From Candidatus Multivorans sp. (GTDB lineage: Bacteria > Acidobacteriota > Thermoanaerobaculia > Multivoradales > Multivoraceae), in NCBI GenBank assembly GCA_965224025.1, contig OZ245033.1, positions 4,160,001-4,224,000 of the forward strand: DNA of 64,000 nt. Reading direction: 5' to 3'. Below, piece by piece: positions 61,827 to 64,000 of this stretch; position 1 is the first letter of the stretch, and every line of letters starts with the position of its first letter. The translations under genes and the position numbers were made by a program. A model generated the notes under the pieces. It made no database searches. It was not told where the DNA came from and saw only the letters and a list, made by a program, of their open reading frames with translations.

Positions 61827-63290
61827 ATGAAGCCCTCGTCCCTCGCACTTGTCGCGTCCGCGCTGCTGACCGCCCTCCCCGCCGATGCACAGCGGGAGGA
61901 GACGTACGACTACTGGCAACCGCAGCGGCGGATGGTCCGGCTGGGCCAGCAGGCGATCTTCATGTGCAACGGCCTGTTCACGTCGAACCGGACCATCGAG
62001 CAGGTGTTCGGGCAGGAACTGGCCTTCCTGCCGGAGCCCGTCGGCACCGCGGACGGCGGTGACTACGAGGTCGACTGGGATCGCAAGGCGGTGACGATCG
62101 GTTCCGGCCACGGCGCGCCGAAGATGCGGGCGGCCTTCCGCGAGGGCATCGGCTGCATCATCCTTGCGCCCGATCAGACGTTCGATGACATCGACGATCT
62201 GCCCGCCATCGGAATGCCGCCCGCGCCCGGCGTTGCCGCGGAGATCCTCTGGCCCGACGGCGACCTGACGGCTCAGACCGCCCTGCCGCCCGATGTCGAC
62301 GCGACGGCCCTCCAGGCCGCCTCGGACTGGAGCTTCGACCGCGAATCCGCGGAACAGGTCACCCTGAGCCTGCTCGTCGTCCACCGCGGCCAGATCGTCC
62401 ACGAGCGCTACGCGGAGGGCGTCGACCGGACGACCCGCACACGGACCTGGTCCACGGCCAAGAGCATCGCCTCAACGCTCATCGGCATGCTCGTCGACGA
62501 AGGCAAGCTGTCCCTCGACGCCCCGCTCGGCTTCGACTTCCTGCCCGATTTCCCGGCAGAAGCCGCCGCGCCCGAAGCCGACCCGCGATCCGCGATCACC
62601 CTCCGGCACGTCCTGAACATGTCGAGCGGCCTCCAAACCGTCGACAACGGCGGCCTCGAGTACGCCGTCGGCTCCGGCATGTCCTACTGGGCCGGCACCA
62701 GCTCCACAGGCGGCGCCCGGCGCCGCGCCCTGATCCGCGAGCCCGGCACGAACTGGGACTACGAGAACTACGACACCCTGCTCGCCGTCTACGCGATGAA
62801 GCTCGCCCTCGGCAGCGAGAAGAAGTACCACCAGTTCCCCCGCAAGCGCCTGCTCGACCCCATCGGCATGCGGAACACCCTCCTCAGCACCGACCGCTTC
62901 GGCGACTTCATCCTCAGCAGTCACGTCTACACCAACGCCCGCGACCTCGCCCGCTTCGGCCTCCTCTACCTTCAGAACGGCCTTTGGAACGGTGAACGCC
63001 TCCTATCCGAAGAGTGGATCGACTTCGTCCGCACCCCGGCCCCCGCCACCCACAACCGCGGCAACTTCTACGGCGGCCAGTTCTGGCTCGTCCCCGACGA
63101 ACGCACCGACGTCCCCAAGGGCGGCTACTCCACCGCCGGCAACCGCGGCCAGTTCGTCGTCATCGTCCCCTCCCACGACCTCGTCATCGTCCGCCGCGGC
63201 CTCGACTGGGGACGGCAGGGCTTCGACCGCTGGGACATGACGCGGGAGGTGATCAAGGCGTTCCCTGCTGTCGCTGCCGAGGCGGACTGA
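61827..63290 (+). CDS. Secreted serine hydrolase (AmpC/beta-lactamase-related family)
   Basis: Signal peptide. SxxK (STAK), YEN, LNMSSG and ARDLARFG motifs. Confidence 0.88.
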   Translation: MKPSSLALVASALLTALPADAQREETYDYWQPQRRMVRLGQQAIFMCNGLFTSNRTIEQVFGQELAFLPEPVGTADGGDYEVDWDRKAVTIGSGHGAPKMRAAFREGIGCIILAPDQTFDDIDDLPAIGMPPAPGVAAEILWPDGDLTAQTALPPDVDATALQAASDWSFDRESAEQVTLSLLVVHRGQIVHERYAEGVDRTTRTRTWSTAKSIASTLIGMLVDEGKLSLDAPLGFDFLPDFPAEAAAPEADPRSAITLRHVLNMSSGLQTVDNGGLEYAVGSGMSYWAGTSSTGGARRRALIREPGTNWDYENYDTLLAVYAMKLALGSEKKYHQFPRKRLLDPIGMRNTLLSTDRFGDFILSSHVYTNARDLARFGLLYLQNGLWNGERLLSEEWIDFVRTPAPATHNRGNFYGGQFWLVPDERTDVPKGGYSTAGNRGQFVVIVPSHDLVIVRRGLDWGRQGFDRWDMTREVIKAFPAVAAEAD

Positions 63291-63596
63291 GGCGGAGCCG
63301 GCGCCGGCGCCGGAGCCGGAGCCGAAGCCGGAACGGCGAGGCGGATTGCATCGGTTACACCCGCCTGCCCTGGGCAGGCTGGAGGTTGTCGGGCTACAAG
63401 CTGCCGGATCGCGCGAGCGCTCGTGTGGTCTTACCGGTAAGAGGAGACGCAGCGCAAACCTCCCACTTGTCCGAGAAAGCGCGAGCGGCCGCTGGGACCC
63501 CTCCCCCTGAGCCCCGCCGCGGGCAGGTGTCTCCGACAAGCCTCGGCCAGCTCGTCGCCCGTCGGCTAGGATCGCCCGGTCCAAACGGGGGGTGCG

Positions 63597-63899
63597 ATGA
63601 CGATCGATGAAATCGTGGCCGACATGGCGGCGAAGGCGGCAGCAATCGACCCCCTCGGGAAGACACTGCTCTTCCATTTCGACGAGGAGCGGATGCTGAT
63701 CGACGGGACGGGTGAGGTGAACGTCGTCTCGAACGTGTCCAGGGAGGAGGTCGACTCGGACTGCACGGTGCGGATGTCGATCGACACCTTCATCAAGTTG
63801 CAGCGCAAGCAGATCAAGCCCTTCATGGCCGTGGTCTCGGGGAAGATCAAGGTCAAGGGCGACATGTCGATTGCCGCCAAGCTGAAGAAGCTGACCTGA
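63597..63899 (+). CDS. SCP2 sterol/lipid-binding domain protein
   Basis: DCTV...PFMAVVSGKIKVKGDM motif. Confidence 0.85.
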   Translation: MTIDEIVADMAAKAAAIDPLGKTLLFHFDEERMLIDGTGEVNVVSNVSREEVDSDCTVRMSIDTFIKLQRKQIKPFMAVVSGKIKVKGDMSIAAKLKKLT

Positions 63900-64000
63900 G
63901 TTTGGCGAGTCCGTCGATCCGGATCCGGCAGCCGGTCGCCCTCAAGGCCGTCAACCGTGTCGGGGCGGCAGCCCGGTGGTGCGGGCTGAAGCCCTTCGCG

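Noticed and set aside
61827-63290. Antibiotic-resistance beta-lactamase
   Set aside because: The SxxK/YxN hydrolase has a long N-terminal extension and lacks the KTG triad, so it is more likely an esterase or amidase.
63291-63596. 300-bp intergenic region with a gccgga microsatellite and an imperfect IR (cttgtccgaga...tctccgacaag) as a riboswitch/ncRNA
   Set aside because: No recognisable riboswitch consensus and no second copy in the window, so support is insufficient.

Overview
GC-rich (about 70% by eye) bacterial chromosome window. The gene repertoire suggests an Acidobacteriota-like, possibly host-associated organism, but that is inference only. Housekeeping and metabolic genes include glpF-glpK, ppk1, trmJ, a Ski2/HelY-like helicase, nth, tonB, an OSBS/NSAR plus GNAT pair, NAD salvage genes (pncA, pncB, nadE), elp3, and several SDRs and crotonases. 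Accessory content includes: (i) an IS110-family recombinase with a long, structured non-coding left end (candidate bridge RNA), inserted into a nested palindromic host repeat, with a duplicated AACA core and terminal IRs; (ii) a Fic gene bracketed by ~100-bp AT-rich inverted repeats, next to an MmeI-like R-M fusion and a SocA-like/DUF2335 pair; (iii) an operon of two AlkP-superfamily enzymes, a small peptide, a membrane protein and a GT2, with a divergent sulfotransferase; (iv) three VapBC-type TA loci and an Mrr nuclease; (v) a GriC/GriD (LuxE/LuxC)-like pair flanking a Rieske protein and a D-x-D PQQ dehydrogenase; (vi) a modular REP-like repeat family with compensatory stem changes. Five genes carry single lesions: two in-frame TAGs, two 1-bp deletions and one internal deletion. 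No rRNA, tRNA or CRISPR array was seen. All family assignments are from motif recognition by eye, not database searches.
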